From Flavobacteriaceae bacterium (lineage in GTDB: Bacteria > Bacteroidota > Bacteroidia > Flavobacteriales > Flavobacteriaceae): a stretch of DNA of 64,000 nucleotides. Each line of letters begins with the position of its first letter. Positions within the stretch are counted from its first letter, which is position 1. The position numbers and the translations under genes are program-made. The stretch is from the NCBI GenBank assembly GCA_029238515.1, contig JAQWFW010000019.1, forward strand, positions 12,717 through 76,716, written 5' to 3'. The notes beneath the pieces are model-generated. The model was not told the origin of the DNA. It saw only the letters and a program-made list of their open reading frames with translations, and made no database searches. Shown here piece by piece: positions 9,001 through 19,596 of the stretch.

Positions 9001-9037
9001 AAAAAAGCCCTATGCAAAAATGCATAGGGCTTTTTTT
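9001..9037. terminator. Bidirectional rho-independent terminator between rng and leuB
   Basis: A6, then a 10-bp stem gccctatgca (9007-9016) / tgcatagggc (9021-9030), loop aaaa, then T7. It sits between convergent genes. Confidence 0.85.
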
Positions 9038-9056
9038 ATGACTTTTTTCAATACGA

Positions 9057-10175
9057 TTAAATAATCGTAGACTGCCCTAAATAGATATTAGAAAAATTCA
9101 AATTAGAATCTTCTGGGTTATTGATAAAATCCTCAATAAAGTCACCCACTTTTCCAGTAGTAACGTTGTCATATTTTTGATTCAAATCCGGCGTTGTGAT
9201 TTGTAAATGCAACGACTTGTCTACTGCTTTTCTAATCATATCGGCCTCATCTTTCAAATCAAAATGATCCAACAACATGGCCGCCGAAAGAATGGAAGCA
9301 ACTGGATTGGCAATCCCTTTTCCAGTGGCTTGTGGGTAAGACCCATGTATAGGTTCAAACATCGCATATTTTTTTCCAACAGAAGCAGAGGCCAAGAGTC
9401 CAATAGATCCGCCAATCACGCTGGCCTCATCACTAATGATATCTCCAAATAAGTTTTCGGTGAGGATCACGTCAAATTGAGTTGGGTTCAAAATCATTTG
9501 CATGGCGGCATTGTCTACAAACAAAAACGCAAGTTCTACATCGGAATATTCTTTTCCTATTTCAGTAACTACTTTGCGCCATAGCCGAGAACTTTCCAAA
9601 ACATTGGCTTTATCAACTAAAGTAACTTTGTTGTTTCTTTTTTGAGCCGCTTTAAAAGCGAGGTGTGTTATACGCTCAATTTCTTTTCGCGTATAGGTGC
9701 AAAGGTCAGAAGCGGTGTTTCCGTCGTCACTTATTTTCTTCTCTCCAAAATACAAACCACCAGTAAGTTCTCGATATATACTGATATCGGTGCCTTTGAT
9801 GATGCTTTTTTTCAGAGGGGACTTTTTGAGTAATTTGTCATACGCTTTTACAGGCCTAATGTTGGCAAACAACTCAAGTTCTTTTCTCAGTTTCAACAAA
9901 CCTTGTTCTGGGCGAACTTTAGCTGACGGGTTGTTGTCGTACTTGGGATCTCCAATAGCACCAAACAGGATTGCATCACTCGATTTACATAAATCTAGAG
10001 TGCTTTTTGGTAAGGGATCATTGTGGTTGTCAATAGCAATTGCACCCACATCGGCGTAAGTGTAATTGAATTTGTGGTTAAAGTTTTGAGCGATAGCATT
10101 AAGGACTTTTACAGCTTGTTCTGTAACCTCTGGCCCAATACCATCTCCTGGGAGTACAGCGATTTTTAAGTTCAT
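9057..10175 (-). CDS. leuB: 3-isopropylmalate dehydrogenase
   Basis: 372 aa. [13 protein letters not shown] and [12 protein letters not shown] motifs. Last gene of the leuA-C-D-B run. Confidence 0.95.
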   Translation of the reverse strand: MNLKIAVLPGDGIGPEVTEQAVKVLNAIAQNFNHKFNYTYADVGAIAIDNHNDPLPKSTLDLCKSSDAILFGAIGDPKYDNNPSAKVRPEQGLLKLRKELELFANIRPVKAYDKLLKKSPLKKSIIKGTDISIYRELTGGLYFGEKKISDDGNTASDLCTYTRKEIERITHLAFKAAQKRNNKVTLVDKANVLESSRLWRKVVTEIGKEYSDVELAFLFVDNAAMQMILNPTQFDVILTENLFGDIISDEASVIGGSIGLLASASVGKKYAMFEPIHGSYPQATGKGIANPVASILSAAMLLDHFDLKDEADMIRKAVDKSLHLQITTPDLNQKYDNVTTGKVGDFIEDFINNPEDSNLNFSNIYLGQSTII

Positions 10176-10768
10176 ATTGAATGTGTTTTTTGAAGTTCAA
10201 ATGCTTCAATTTTATCTTTTTTACTTAGCAAATAATCAATGTCATCGTATCCATTGATGAGGCATGTTTTTTTGTAGGGGTCAATATCAAAAGTTGTTTC
10301 AATTTGTGTGCCCAGAACAGCCAAAGTTTGTGTCTCAAGATTAATCTTGAATTGTACTTCGGCATTATTGTTTATGGCTGCAAAGAGTTGTTCTAGAATT
10401 TCTTCGGATACTTGAATGGGCAACAAACCATTGTTGAGTACATTTCCTTTGAAAATATCAGCAAAAAAACTAGAAACAATAACCTTAAAGCCGTATCCTG
10501 CAAGCGCCCAAGCCGCATGCTCTCGACTAGAACCGCAACCAAAATTATCGCCAGCAACAAGAATACTACCAGAGTATTTAGTGTTGTTAAGCGCAAAATC
10601 AGGGATTAATTTTTTTTGTTTGTCGTATCGCCAATCTCGGAATAAATTATCGCCAAATCCTTTTTTGTCTGTTGCTTTAAGAAAACGCGCAGGGATGATT
10701 TGATCTGTATCAACATTAGATATTTTCAGGGGAATCGCTGTCGATGTGAGTGTTGAGAATTTTTCCAT
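10172..10768 (-). CDS. leuD: 3-isopropylmalate dehydratase small subunit
   Basis: 198 aa. Aconitase swivel domain ([13 protein letters not shown]). 4-nt overlap with leuB. Confidence 0.95.
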   Translation of the reverse strand: MEKFSTLTSTAIPLKISNVDTDQIIPARFLKATDKKGFGDNLFRDWRYDKQKKLIPDFALNNTKYSGSILVAGDNFGCGSSREHAAWALAGYGFKVIVSSFFADIFKGNVLNNGLLPIQVSEEILEQLFAAINNNAEVQFKINLETQTLAVLGTQIETTFDIDPYKKTCLINGYDDIDYLLSKKDKIEAFELQKTHSI

Positions 10769-12150
10769 TATACAAATTGTTTTGAAACGTCAATAATTGT
10801 GCCTTCTACAGCTGTAGCAGCAGCGACTAGTGGACTTGCCAAAATAGTTCTTGATCCTTGTCCTTGTCGGCCTTCAAAATTTCTGTTGGAAGTGGATACG
10901 CAATATTCCCCTTGAGGAATTTTGTCATCATTCATGGCCAAACATGCGGAGCATCCAGGTTGTCTTAGTTCAAATCCAGCGGCTTCGAAAATGTCTTTTA
11001 GCCCTTCTTCAATAATTTGGGCTTCCACCTGACGACTTCCTGGTACAAGCCATGCCGTTACATTGTCGGCTTTTTGTTTGCCTTTGATATAATTTGCGGC
11101 AACACGAAAATCTTCGATACGGGAGTTCGTACAACTCCCAATAAATACATAATTTATGGGTTTTCCTATCAAAGATTCTCCAGCCGTAAAATTCATATAT
11201 GCCAGAGATTTTTTGTCGGATTCACTCTCTGAATTAGGTATGGTTTCGGAAATTTTTATGCCCATTCCTGGGTTCGTGCCATACGTAATCATTGGTTCAA
11301 TGTCCTCGGCATCAAAAGTATATTCCTTGTCAAATGTTGCCCCATCGTCTGTGGGTAAGGTTTTCCAATAAGCAACTTTTTTCTCAAAATCTGTTCCTTT
11401 TGGAGCAAATTCACGACCTTTTATGTATTCAAAAGTTGTCTCATCTGGTGCAATCATACCACCTCTAGCACCCATTTCGATGCTCATGTTGCAAACCGTC
11501 ATTCGACCTTCCATGCTCATGTTTTCAAAAACATTGCCAGCGTATTCACAGAAATATCCTGTCCCTGAATTCGTTCCTAATTTAGATATGATATAGAGAA
11601 TAACATCTTTTGGCAACACACCTTTTTTTAGTGTTCCATTTACAGTTACTCGTAAGCTTTTTGGCTTTGTCAATAACAAACATTGGCTAGCAAATACTTG
11701 TGCAACTTGGCTGGTTCCAATCCCAAATGCGATGGTTCCAAAAGCGCCGTGTGTAGACGTATGGCTATCTCCACAAACCATGGTCATTCCAGGTTGAGTT
11801 ACGCCCAATTCTGGTGCCATGACATGAACAATGCCATTGTATTTGTGCCCTAGTTCGTAAAGTGTAATATTGTTTGCGGCACAATTTTTCGCTAATTGCT
11901 CCAACTGATGTCTAGACAAATCATCTGGAACAGGGAGGTGTTGGTTTTCTGTTGGTGTGTTGTGGTCTGCGGTGGCTACAATTTGATTGGGCCTAAAGAT
12001 TGGGATATTTCGATCGTTCAATTCATTGAATGCTTGAGGACTTGTTACCTCATGGATTAAATGTTTGTCGATGTAAAGGATTTGCGGACCATTGTCAATG
12101 GCGTCCACAACGTGTGCATCCCAAACCTTATCAAATAAAGTTTTTTTCAT
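10768..12150 (-). CDS. leuC: 3-isopropylmalate dehydratase large subunit
   Basis: 460 aa. Aconitase family with Fe-S ligand motifs VCGDSHT, GSCTNSR and [10 protein letters not shown]. Confidence 0.95.
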   Translation of the reverse strand: MKKTLFDKVWDAHVVDAIDNGPQILYIDKHLIHEVTSPQAFNELNDRNIPIFRPNQIVATADHNTPTENQHLPVPDDLSRHQLEQLAKNCAANNITLYELGHKYNGIVHVMAPELGVTQPGMTMVCGDSHTSTHGAFGTIAFGIGTSQVAQVFASQCLLLTKPKSLRVTVNGTLKKGVLPKDVILYIISKLGTNSGTGYFCEYAGNVFENMSMEGRMTVCNMSIEMGARGGMIAPDETTFEYIKGREFAPKGTDFEKKVAYWKTLPTDDGATFDKEYTFDAEDIEPMITYGTNPGMGIKISETIPNSESESDKKSLAYMNFTAGESLIGKPINYVFIGSCTNSRIEDFRVAANYIKGKQKADNVTAWLVPGSRQVEAQIIEEGLKDIFEAAGFELRQPGCSACLAMNDDKIPQGEYCVSTSNRNFEGRQGQGSRTILASPLVAAATAVEGTIIDVSKQFV

Positions 12151-12156
12151 GTTAAA

Positions 12157-13326
12157 TTAGCGAAGTTCGTTGTAAATTGAACTGGATTCTATAATGTTGT
12201 GAATATCGTTATCTTCTACTTCTTTTTTGGCATCAGCAAATTTCAAGAAGTCATTATAAACTACATCTAATTGTAGTTTTGTTAATTCGTAACCTACATT
12301 TTTTGCACGATAGGCCAATGCAGCCCGACCACTTCTAGCAGTGAGTACAATGGCTGACTCGGTAACCCCTACATCTTTGGGGTCTATTATTTCGTAAGTT
12401 TCTCTGTTTTTTATAACACCATCTTGATGAATCCCAGAACTGTGGGCAAAAGCATTTGCACCTACAATGGCTTTGTTGGGTTGAGCATGAATTCCCATGT
12501 GTTCCGAAACGAGTTGGCTCATCCCATAAAGCATAGACGTATTGATGTTGGTGTCTAAATTCAAATATGGGTGTTGCTTCATGATCATCACTACTTCTTC
12601 CAATGCAGTGTTGCCTGCACGTTCACCAATGCCGTTGATGGTACACTCAATTTGTCGTGCTCCATTGATGGCGCCCTCTATAGAGTTTGCTGTGGCTAAC
12701 CCCAAATCGTTATGGCAATGACAAGATAATATGGCCTTGTCTATTCCTTTTACATTTTCTTTTAAGAATTTAATTTTTGCGCCGTATTCATGAGGGAGAC
12801 AATACCCAGTTGTGTCAGGAATGTTAAGTACAGTAGCACCAGCTTTGATGACTTCTTCGCAAACTTTGGCTAGAAACTCATTATCTGTTCTACCAGCATC
12901 TTCGGCATAAAACTCAACATCTTCAACAAACGATTTTGCGTAACGAACTGCAGCTACTGCTCGTTCAATAATGACCTCTCTATTTGACCGAAACTTAAAT
13001 TTTATATGTGAATCTGAAGTGCCAATCCCCGTGTGTATTCGTGGTTTTTTTGCATATTGTAGTGCTTCTGCCGCGACTTTTATGTCGTTTTCTACAGATC
13101 TTGTAAGGCCACAAACCGTAGCATTTTTTACGATTTTTGAAACAGCTTCAACAGAAGAAAAATCACCTGGACTAGATACAGGAAAACCAGCTTCGATAAT
13201 ATCGACGCCCAATAAATCCAACTGTTCGGCAATGATAATTTTTTGGTCTGTATTCAATTTACAACCAGGAACTTGTTCCCCATCGCGTAGTGTTGTATCA
13301 AATATTTGGACATTTGTGTTGGACAT
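12157..13326 (-). CDS. leuA: 2-isopropylmalate synthase, short form without the C-terminal regulatory domain
   Basis: 389 aa. HMGL-like TIM barrel ([20 protein letters not shown]). First gene of the leu operon. The protein ends right after the linker subdomain. Confidence 0.85.
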   Translation of the reverse strand: MSNTNVQIFDTTLRDGEQVPGCKLNTDQKIIIAEQLDLLGVDIIEAGFPVSSPGDFSSVEAVSKIVKNATVCGLTRSVENDIKVAAEALQYAKKPRIHTGIGTSDSHIKFKFRSNREVIIERAVAAVRYAKSFVEDVEFYAEDAGRTDNEFLAKVCEEVIKAGATVLNIPDTTGYCLPHEYGAKIKFLKENVKGIDKAILSCHCHNDLGLATANSIEGAINGARQIECTINGIGERAGNTALEEVVMIMKQHPYLNLDTNINTSMLYGMSQLVSEHMGIHAQPNKAIVGANAFAHSSGIHQDGVIKNRETYEIIDPKDVGVTESAIVLTARSGRAALAYRAKNVGYELTKLQLDVVYNDFLKFADAKKEVEDNDIHNIIESSSIYNELR

Positions 13327-13474
13327 ATCTGTAAATATATTATATATTGGCCATACGAATTTAATTTTTTTGAAAAATTTAACCTAAAGTATTTTTAATA
13401 ATTTTACGATGTTTATTCTTTAGTATTGAAAATTAATTGACTGATTTTCAAATAATTACGACGATTTTTAAATT

Positions 13475-15016
13475 ATGACTAAACCGCAAAAAGACAACCT
13501 TTTTATTTTGATAAGATCGCTTTCTAAGTCTGAAAAGAGACAATTCAAGCTTTATATTGGACGTCTTGGGGTTAATGAAGATTCTAAATTTCTGTTGTTG
13601 TTTAAAGTCATGGAAAAGTTGAAGGTGTATGACGAATCCGCTATTTTGAAGGAAGGATTTGTCAAAAAGCAGCAGCTTTCAAACTTAAAAGCACATTTGT
13701 ACAAGCAAATTTTGATTAGTTTACGATTGAATCCATCGCATCAAAATTTGAGAATACAGCTAAGAGAACAGCTCGATTTTGCGACCATTTTATACCACAA
13801 AGGGTTGTATAAACAAAGCTTAAAAATTCTTGACAAGGCAAAAACTCAAGCTGTAACAAATCAGGAAAAAAATATTGCTTATGAAATTGTAGAACTCGAA
13901 AAAGTTGTAGAATCTCAGTACATCACAAGGAGTTTGAGTAATAGAGCCGACGAATTGACTGTGCAGGCCAAAATTTTGAGTCGTCAAAATCTAATTGCAA
14001 GCAAATTATCCAATTTATCATTACAACTTTATGGCTTATTTCTAAAAACGGGCTATGTTAAGAACGATGCTGAGTATCAAAAAGTAACGGATTACTTCAA
14101 TAAACGTTTGCCTAAATTTGAACTAAGTGAGCTTGGCTTCAGAGAGAAATTGTGGCTTTACAAATCCTATCTTTGGTACAGTTTTTTGATTCAAGATTTC
14201 AAATCATGCTACAAATATTCCAGAAAATGGGTTGATTTGTTTTATGACAATGAGGCAATGATACGTTTGAATCCGGTGTTTTTTTTAAGAGGTTATCAAT
14301 ATCTTTTGGAAGCTTTATTTTTTATTAAACATCATGAAAAATTTAAAAAAGCACTGTACGAATTGGAGCAAATTGTTCAAAAATCATGGTTTCCGCATGA
14401 CGAAAATATAGATGGTTTAGTGTTTTTGTATGTATACTCAAACAAAATCAATTTACATTTTATTGAAGGCACTTTTAAAGAAGGTTTGCCGTTGATTGAT
14501 GAAGTGGTTCAAGGATTGCAAGTGCATGCCGATCAAATTGATGAACACCACGTTATGGTTTTCTATTATAAAATTGCAAGCTTGTATTTTGGTACCGAGG
14601 ATTACAAAAATGCCATAAAATACCTTTCAAAAATAATAAACAACAAATCACTTCAAATGCGCGAAGACTTGCTTTGTTTTTCTCGTATCCTAAATCTTGT
14701 AGCCCATTATGAAGCTGGTGAGGATTACGAACTGGATCGTCTGATAAAAAACACATATAAATTTCTCATAAAAATGGAAGATTTGTATGCTGTACAGCGT
14801 GAAATGGTAACATTTTTAAGAGGTCTTGGAGATATTTATCCACATCAATTGAAAGCTGCATTTGAACAGCTTCATCAAAAATTACTCACCTATGAGAATC
14901 ATCCCTATGAACGTCGTGCCTTTTTATACCTTGATATTATTTCATGGCTAGAGAGTAAAATAGTAAATAAATCTACAGGATACATAATAAAAGAAAAATT
15001 TACTAAATCTAAATAA
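13475..15016 (+). CDS. Conserved hypothetical all-helical (TPR-like) protein
   Basis: 513 aa ORF with coding-like composition and no TM segments or signal peptide. The N-terminus reads LFILIRSLSKSEKRQFKLYIGRLG. Later segments resemble TPR repeats (e.g. DYKNAIKYLSKIINN). I recognise no catalytic motif. Confidence 0.8.
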   Translation: MTKPQKDNLFILIRSLSKSEKRQFKLYIGRLGVNEDSKFLLLFKVMEKLKVYDESAILKEGFVKKQQLSNLKAHLYKQILISLRLNPSHQNLRIQLREQLDFATILYHKGLYKQSLKILDKAKTQAVTNQEKNIAYEIVELEKVVESQYITRSLSNRADELTVQAKILSRQNLIASKLSNLSLQLYGLFLKTGYVKNDAEYQKVTDYFNKRLPKFELSELGFREKLWLYKSYLWYSFLIQDFKSCYKYSRKWVDLFYDNEAMIRLNPVFFLRGYQYLLEALFFIKHHEKFKKALYELEQIVQKSWFPHDENIDGLVFLYVYSNKINLHFIEGTFKEGLPLIDEVVQGLQVHADQIDEHHVMVFYYKIASLYFGTEDYKNAIKYLSKIINNKSLQMREDLLCFSRILNLVAHYEAGEDYELDRLIKNTYKFLIKMEDLYAVQREMVTFLRGLGDIYPHQLKAAFEQLHQKLLTYENHPYERRAFLYLDIISWLESKIVNKSTGYIIKEKFTKSK

Positions 15017-15104
15017 TTTAATTAATTTTTTTAGAAAAAAATTTGGTTTTTAAGTTTTTATATTTGAATATTTGCATTCACAAAGTTCAATAATTTAGTG
15101 AAAT

Positions 15105-15215
15105 GTTATCAAGAAAGGCCGAGGGAATAGACCCGTTGAAGTCTTAGCAACCCTCCAAGTTGTTGGAGAAGGTGCTAAATTCTACTTTTTATGGTTTCAT
15201 AATGAGATAGATAAC
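15105..15215 (+). promoter_or_regulatory. SAM-I (S-box) riboswitch aptamer upstream of metY
   Basis: P1 strands are gttatc (15105-15110) and gataac (15210-15215). Core elements present: GAAAGGCCGAGGGAATAGACCC, GAAG..TTAGCAACC and GGTGCTAAATTC. Confidence 0.9.
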
Positions 15216-15219
15216 AGGA

Positions 15220-15251
15220 CATACTTGTTCAAGTATGACTCATTTCTTTTT
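15220..15251 (+). terminator. Terminator-type expression platform of SAM riboswitch 1
   Basis: Hairpin catacttg (15220-15227) / caagtatg (15230-15237), followed by T-rich actcatttcttttt. It sits directly 3' of the P1 strand. Confidence 0.55.
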
Positions 15252-15330
15252 AACATTTTTCTATAAGATTCGCCAAAAACGGTGTGTTTGACTTTTGTTT
15301 TAATTTATTATTAACTCAAATAATAGAAAA

Positions 15331-16623
15331 ATGAGTACACAAAAATTTGCAACTAATGCATTACACGCGGGACACGACACCGCACAAAATGGTGGTACAC
15401 GTGCTGTACCAATTTATCAATCTACGGCTTATGTTTTTAATGATTCAGATCATGCGGCAAATCTTTTTGCCCTTGCCGAAACAGGAAACATTTACACCCG
15501 AATCAATAACCCTACAAATGATGTTCTCGAGCAACGATTAGCGGCTTTAGAAGGGGGTATTGCTGCTGTTGTTACAGCTTCTGGAACGTCTGCAATTGCG
15601 ACCTCTTTGCTTACGCTTTTGAAAGCTGGCGATCATATTGTCGCTTCTAGTAGTTTGTATGGAGGTACCTATAACTTGTTGAGTGTTACTTTGCCAAGAC
15701 ACGGTATCACAACAACTTTTGTTAATCCTTCTGATGCAGAAAATTTCAAAAAAGCAGCACAAGAAAATACGCGTGCTTTCTTTATTGAATCACTTGGAAA
15801 CCCAAAGCTAGATGTATTAGATATTGAAGCGATTTCAAAAGAAGCTAAAGCATACAAAGTGCCACTAATTGTAGACAACACGGTAGCTACTCCTTATTTG
15901 TTAAACCCAATTGAGCATGGCGCAAATATTGTTATTCACTCCCTTACAAAATACATCAATGGAAATGGTACTGCTTTAGGTGGTGTAATTATTGATGCAG
16001 GAACATTTGATTGGGCGAATGGGAAATTCCCAGAATTCACAGAACCATCTCCTGGATATCATGGACTCGTCTACAGCGAAGCACTAGAAGCGGCAGCATT
16101 TATTGCTAAAGTTAGAATTGAAGGTTTAAGAGATTACGGAGCAGCATTGAGTCCATTCAACGCTTTTCAAATCATTCAAGGATTAGAAACTTTAGAATTG
16201 AGAATCAAAAAACACAGTGAAAATGCATTGGCATTGGCTCAGTGGTTATCAGAGCAGGATCAAGTTGCCTGGGTCAATTATCCAGGGCTAAAATCTAGTC
16301 CATACCACGCATTAGCACAGCGTTATTTGCCTGAAGGACAAAGTGGTATTGTAACTTTTGGAGTAAATGGAGGATTTGAATCTGCAAAGAAAATTGTAGA
16401 CACAACAAAATTATTCTCATTATTGGCCAATATTGGTGATACCAAATCACTCATTATTCATCCAGCAAGTACAACACATCAGCAATTGAGTGATGAAGCT
16501 CAAGAGACTACAGGAGTTACAAAAGACCTTATTCGTTTGTCTGTTGGATTGGAAAATATTGAAGATTTAAAAGCTGATCTTATTGAAGCATTTAAAGCAG
16601 TAGATGCCACAGTTGAAGTATAA
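15331..16623 (+). CDS. metY: O-acetylhomoserine (thiol)-lyase / sulfhydrylase
   Basis: 430 aa. Cys/Met-metabolism PLP family with PLP-lysine motif HSLTKYINGNG. The N-terminus ATNALHAGH..G.RAVPIYQSTAY is typical of OAH sulfhydrylases. Confidence 0.9.
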   Translation: MSTQKFATNALHAGHDTAQNGGTRAVPIYQSTAYVFNDSDHAANLFALAETGNIYTRINNPTNDVLEQRLAALEGGIAAVVTASGTSAIATSLLTLLKAGDHIVASSSLYGGTYNLLSVTLPRHGITTTFVNPSDAENFKKAAQENTRAFFIESLGNPKLDVLDIEAISKEAKAYKVPLIVDNTVATPYLLNPIEHGANIVIHSLTKYINGNGTALGGVIIDAGTFDWANGKFPEFTEPSPGYHGLVYSEALEAAAFIAKVRIEGLRDYGAALSPFNAFQIIQGLETLELRIKKHSENALALAQWLSEQDQVAWVNYPGLKSSPYHALAQRYLPEGQSGIVTFGVNGGFESAKKIVDTTKLFSLLANIGDTKSLIIHPASTTHQQLSDEAQETTGVTKDLIRLSVGLENIEDLKADLIEAFKAVDATVEV

Positions 16624-16652
16624 TTTTTTGAATCTATAAAACAGTTCTGTTC

Positions 16653-17633
16653 TTGAGTAAGCTTCAATACATAGAAATCCCAAGGTACACTACAATTTCT
16701 GGTAAGACATTGTCTATAAATTTGTCTTACCAGTTGTTTGGGTGTGCGTTACATAGTGCTCCAGTTGTATTGGTCAACCATGCCCTTACAGGAAATTCTA
16801 ATGTTACAGGTCCACAAGGATGGTGGAACGCACTCATTGGCTCAAACAAACCAATAGACACCCAACAATTTACAGTTTTGTCTTTCAATATTCCTGGTAA
16901 TGGTTATGATGGAAATTCTGATCATTTGATAGAAAATTACAAAGATTTTGTTGCTAGAGATATTGCAGCATTATTTTTGTTAGGATTGAAAGAGCTTGGG
17001 GTTCATCAATTATTTGCTGCTATAGGAGGTTCTTTAGGCGGAGGCATTGCTTGGGAAATGGCAGCGATTAGTCCAAAGATTACCAAACATCTGATTCCTG
17101 TGGCAAGTGATTGGAAATCAACAGATTGGATTATTGCAAATTGCTTGATACAAGAGCAATTTTTGGTCAATTCAAGTCAGCCATTACAGGACGCAAGAAT
17201 GCATGCTATGTTGTGCTACAGAACACCAGAATCATTAAAAAATAGATTTCAGCGTTCACAAAATACAGAGTACAATCTTTTCAATATTGAAACATGGTTG
17301 TTGCATCATGGCGACAAGTTGCAAAAGCGATTTCAGTTGTCGGCTTATAAATTGATGAATCAATTACTAAAAACAATTGACATAACCACAAATAGAGGAA
17401 CTGCAACAGATGTGCTACAAACTATTGAAGCTGATATTCACATTATCGGAATTGATTCAGATATGTTTTTTGTATCCGAAGAAAACACAGCGACTCTGAA
17501 ACTGTTACATCCCAACCTCTCAAATGTTTATTACCATGAAATAACCTCTATTCATGGGCATGATGCATTTTTGATTGAATATGAACAACTAAACTCTATA
17601 ATCGATAAAATATTTAAATTAGAATTAGTATAA
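16653..17633 (+). CDS. metX: Homoserine O-acetyltransferase
   Basis: 326 aa with a TTG start. Alpha/beta hydrolase with VLVNHALTGNS and the nucleophile elbow GGSLGG. Confidence 0.85.
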   Translation: MSKLQYIEIPRYTTISGKTLSINLSYQLFGCALHSAPVVLVNHALTGNSNVTGPQGWWNALIGSNKPIDTQQFTVLSFNIPGNGYDGNSDHLIENYKDFVARDIAALFLLGLKELGVHQLFAAIGGSLGGGIAWEMAAISPKITKHLIPVASDWKSTDWIIANCLIQEQFLVNSSQPLQDARMHAMLCYRTPESLKNRFQRSQNTEYNLFNIETWLLHHGDKLQKRFQLSAYKLMNQLLKTIDITTNRGTATDVLQTIEADIHIIGIDSDMFFVSEENTATLKLLHPNLSNVYYHEITSIHGHDAFLIEYEQLNSIIDKIFKLELV

Positions 17634-17638
17634 GCCCT

Positions 17639-18799
17639 ATGTATAAAAAACAAACCGATATCATTCGAACCCAAATCGAACGCTCTCAATTTCTCGAACA
17701 TTCTACCCCATTATATTTGACCTCAAGCTTCGTTTTTGAAGATGCTGAAGACATGAGAGCATCATTTTCGGAAGAAAAAGAGCGTAATATTTATAGCCGA
17801 TTTACAAATCCAAATACCTCTGAATTTGTTGAAAAAGTATGCAAGATGGAAGGTGCAGAGGATGGTTTTGCCTTTGCTACTGGAATGGCCGCTGTGTTTT
17901 CTACTTTTGCTGCTTTGTTGAACAGTGGAGATCACATTGTGTCTGCGCAATCCGTATTTGGTTCGACACATACATTATTCACTAAATATTTCCCAAAGTG
18001 GAATATCGAAACGAGTTACTTTAAGATTAACGAAGTCGATACAATAGAGCGTTTGATTACCCCTAAAACCAAAATATTGTATGCAGAAACGCCTACAAAT
18101 CCTGCTGTAGATATTTTAGATTTAGAATTGTTGGGTGCCATAGCAAAAAAACATAATCTTATTTTAATTATAGATAATTGTTTTGCCACCCCTTATTTGC
18201 AACAACCTATAAAATTTGGCGCAGATCTTGTGATTCACTCAGCTACAAAACTAATAGATGGTCAAGGCCGAGTATTGGGTGGCGCTACTGTAGGTAGAGC
18301 AGATCTCATTAGAGAAATTTACTTGTTTTCTAGGAATACAGGGCCAGCATTATCTCCATTCAATGCTTGGGTTTTATCCAAAAGTTTAGAAACCTTGGCT
18401 GTTCGTGTCGATAGGCATTGTGAAAATGCTTTAAGAATAGCACAATTTTTAGAGAATCACGACAAGGTAAATTGGGTAAAATATCCATTTTTAAAATCAC
18501 ATCCACAATACGAAATAGCCAAAAAGCAAATGAAATTGGGAGGCAGTATTGTGGCTTTTGAAATAAAAGGAGGTATTACCAATGGACGTCGATTTTTAGA
18601 TGCCATAAAATTATGTTCACTATCCGCAAATTTGGGTGATACAAGAACCATAGTAACGCATCCAGCTTCTACCACGCACAGTAAATTGAGTGAAGAAGAT
18701 CGCTTAGAAGTAAACATTACAGATGGATTGGTGCGAATTTCGGTAGGACTAGAAGACGTAGAAGATATTTTGAATGATTTAGACCAAGCATTATTGTGA
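17639..18799 (+). CDS. PLP-dependent trans-sulfuration family enzyme (O-acylhomoserine sulfhydrylase MetZ-like, or cystathionine gamma-synthase)
   Basis: 386 aa. YSRFTNPNTSEFVEKV, PLP-lysine motif HSATKLIDGQG, and C-terminal THPASTTHS. It is a paralogue of metY. Confidence 0.8.
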   Translation: MYKKQTDIIRTQIERSQFLEHSTPLYLTSSFVFEDAEDMRASFSEEKERNIYSRFTNPNTSEFVEKVCKMEGAEDGFAFATGMAAVFSTFAALLNSGDHIVSAQSVFGSTHTLFTKYFPKWNIETSYFKINEVDTIERLITPKTKILYAETPTNPAVDILDLELLGAIAKKHNLILIIDNCFATPYLQQPIKFGADLVIHSATKLIDGQGRVLGGATVGRADLIREIYLFSRNTGPALSPFNAWVLSKSLETLAVRVDRHCENALRIAQFLENHDKVNWVKYPFLKSHPQYEIAKKQMKLGGSIVAFEIKGGITNGRRFLDAIKLCSLSANLGDTRTIVTHPASTTHSKLSEEDRLEVNITDGLVRISVGLEDVEDILNDLDQALL

Positions 18800-18834
18800 A
18801 ATCCTCATTCGAGTTATAATTGTTATATTTGAAT

Positions 18835-19245
18835 ATGCTTTCATCGAAAACAAAATATGGAATAAAGGCGATGACATTCATGGCTAAACAGGAGTCTAAA
18901 ATTCCTGTGCAGATTGCAACAATAGCTGAGCATGAAAATATTTCACAAAAATATTTGGAAAGTATATTACTCACTTTGCGTAAGGCAGGTTTTCTGGGAT
19001 CAAAAAAAGGTAAAAATGGAGGATACTATTTGTTTAAAAATCCAGAGGACATCAGAATGACGGATGTGATGCGTGTTTTAGAAGGACCAATAGCATTGGT
19101 TCCATGCGTGAGTCTAAATTTTTATGAAAAATGTGCCGATTGTCCAGACGAAAACACTTGTGCCGTACACAATTTAATGTTGGAAGTAAGAGACAATACG
19201 CTTACAATATTCAATAATAAATCGCTTGCCGATATCATTTCATAA
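18835..19245 (+). CDS. Rrf2-family transcriptional regulator with a Cys cluster
   Basis: The track ORF starts at 18820. MLSSKTKYGIKAM at 18835 is the typical Rrf2 N-terminus. wHTH segment (IATIAEHENISQKYLESILLTLRKAGF) and Cys-rich segment CVSLNFYEKCADCPDENTCAVH. Confidence 0.85.
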   Translation: MLSSKTKYGIKAMTFMAKQESKIPVQIATIAEHENISQKYLESILLTLRKAGFLGSKKGKNGGYYLFKNPEDIRMTDVMRVLEGPIALVPCVSLNFYEKCADCPDENTCAVHNLMLEVRDNTLTIFNNKSLADIIS

Positions 19246-19260
19246 ATCATAGAAAAATTG

Positions 19261-19290
19261 TTTGATAGTTTAAATATTTTAGTAAATTTG
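19261..19290 (+). promoter_or_regulatory. Candidate internal promoter ahead of the DUF2061-cysHDN genes
   Basis: TTTG at 19261-19264, an 18-nt spacer, then TAAATTTG at 19283-19290 (TAnnTTTG). Located in the 93-nt gap after the Rrf2 gene. Confidence 0.35.
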
Positions 19291-19338
19291 CACTTTATCC
19301 TATTAAGCCGATAGGCAAATAGATTTAATATTGAAAAT

Positions 19339-19596
19339 ATGATTATAGATAATGTTTTACAGATTAAGTTGAGAAAAAACAGCTCAAACGAAACACCTAA
19401 AGAAAAGATAAAAAGAAGTTTACTAAAAACAATAAGCTGGAGAGTAATAGGCACCTTAGATACCATACTCATTTCGTGGTTAATTACAGGTGAAATGACA
19501 CTTGCCTTGTCTATAGGAACAATTGAATTGATTACTAAAATGATACTCTACTTTTTTCATGAGCGCCTTTGGAATCAAATTAAATGGGGGAAATAA
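19339..19596 (+). CDS. DUF2061-type small membrane protein
   Basis: 85 aa. Basic N-terminus, then two predicted TM helices (SWRVIGTLDTILISWLITG and LALSIGTIELITKMILYFF) and HERLWNQIKW. Its stop TAA shares one nt with the cysH ATG (TAATG). Confidence 0.75.
   Translation: MIIDNVLQIKLRKNSSNETPKEKIKRSLLKTISWRVIGTLDTILISWLITGEMTLALSIGTIELITKMILYFFHERLWNQIKWGK

Noticed and set aside
13327-13474. Leucine leader peptide, T-box or attenuator upstream of leuA
   Set aside because: I found no Leu-codon-rich mini-ORF, no T-box specifier or antiterminator elements, and no terminator hairpin in this AT-rich spacer.
19122-19472. 116-aa minus-strand ORF spanning the Rrf2 / DUF2061 junction
   Set aside because: It crosses an intergenic region and two better-supported plus-strand genes. 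Its hydrophobic, AT-codon-driven composition adds no support.
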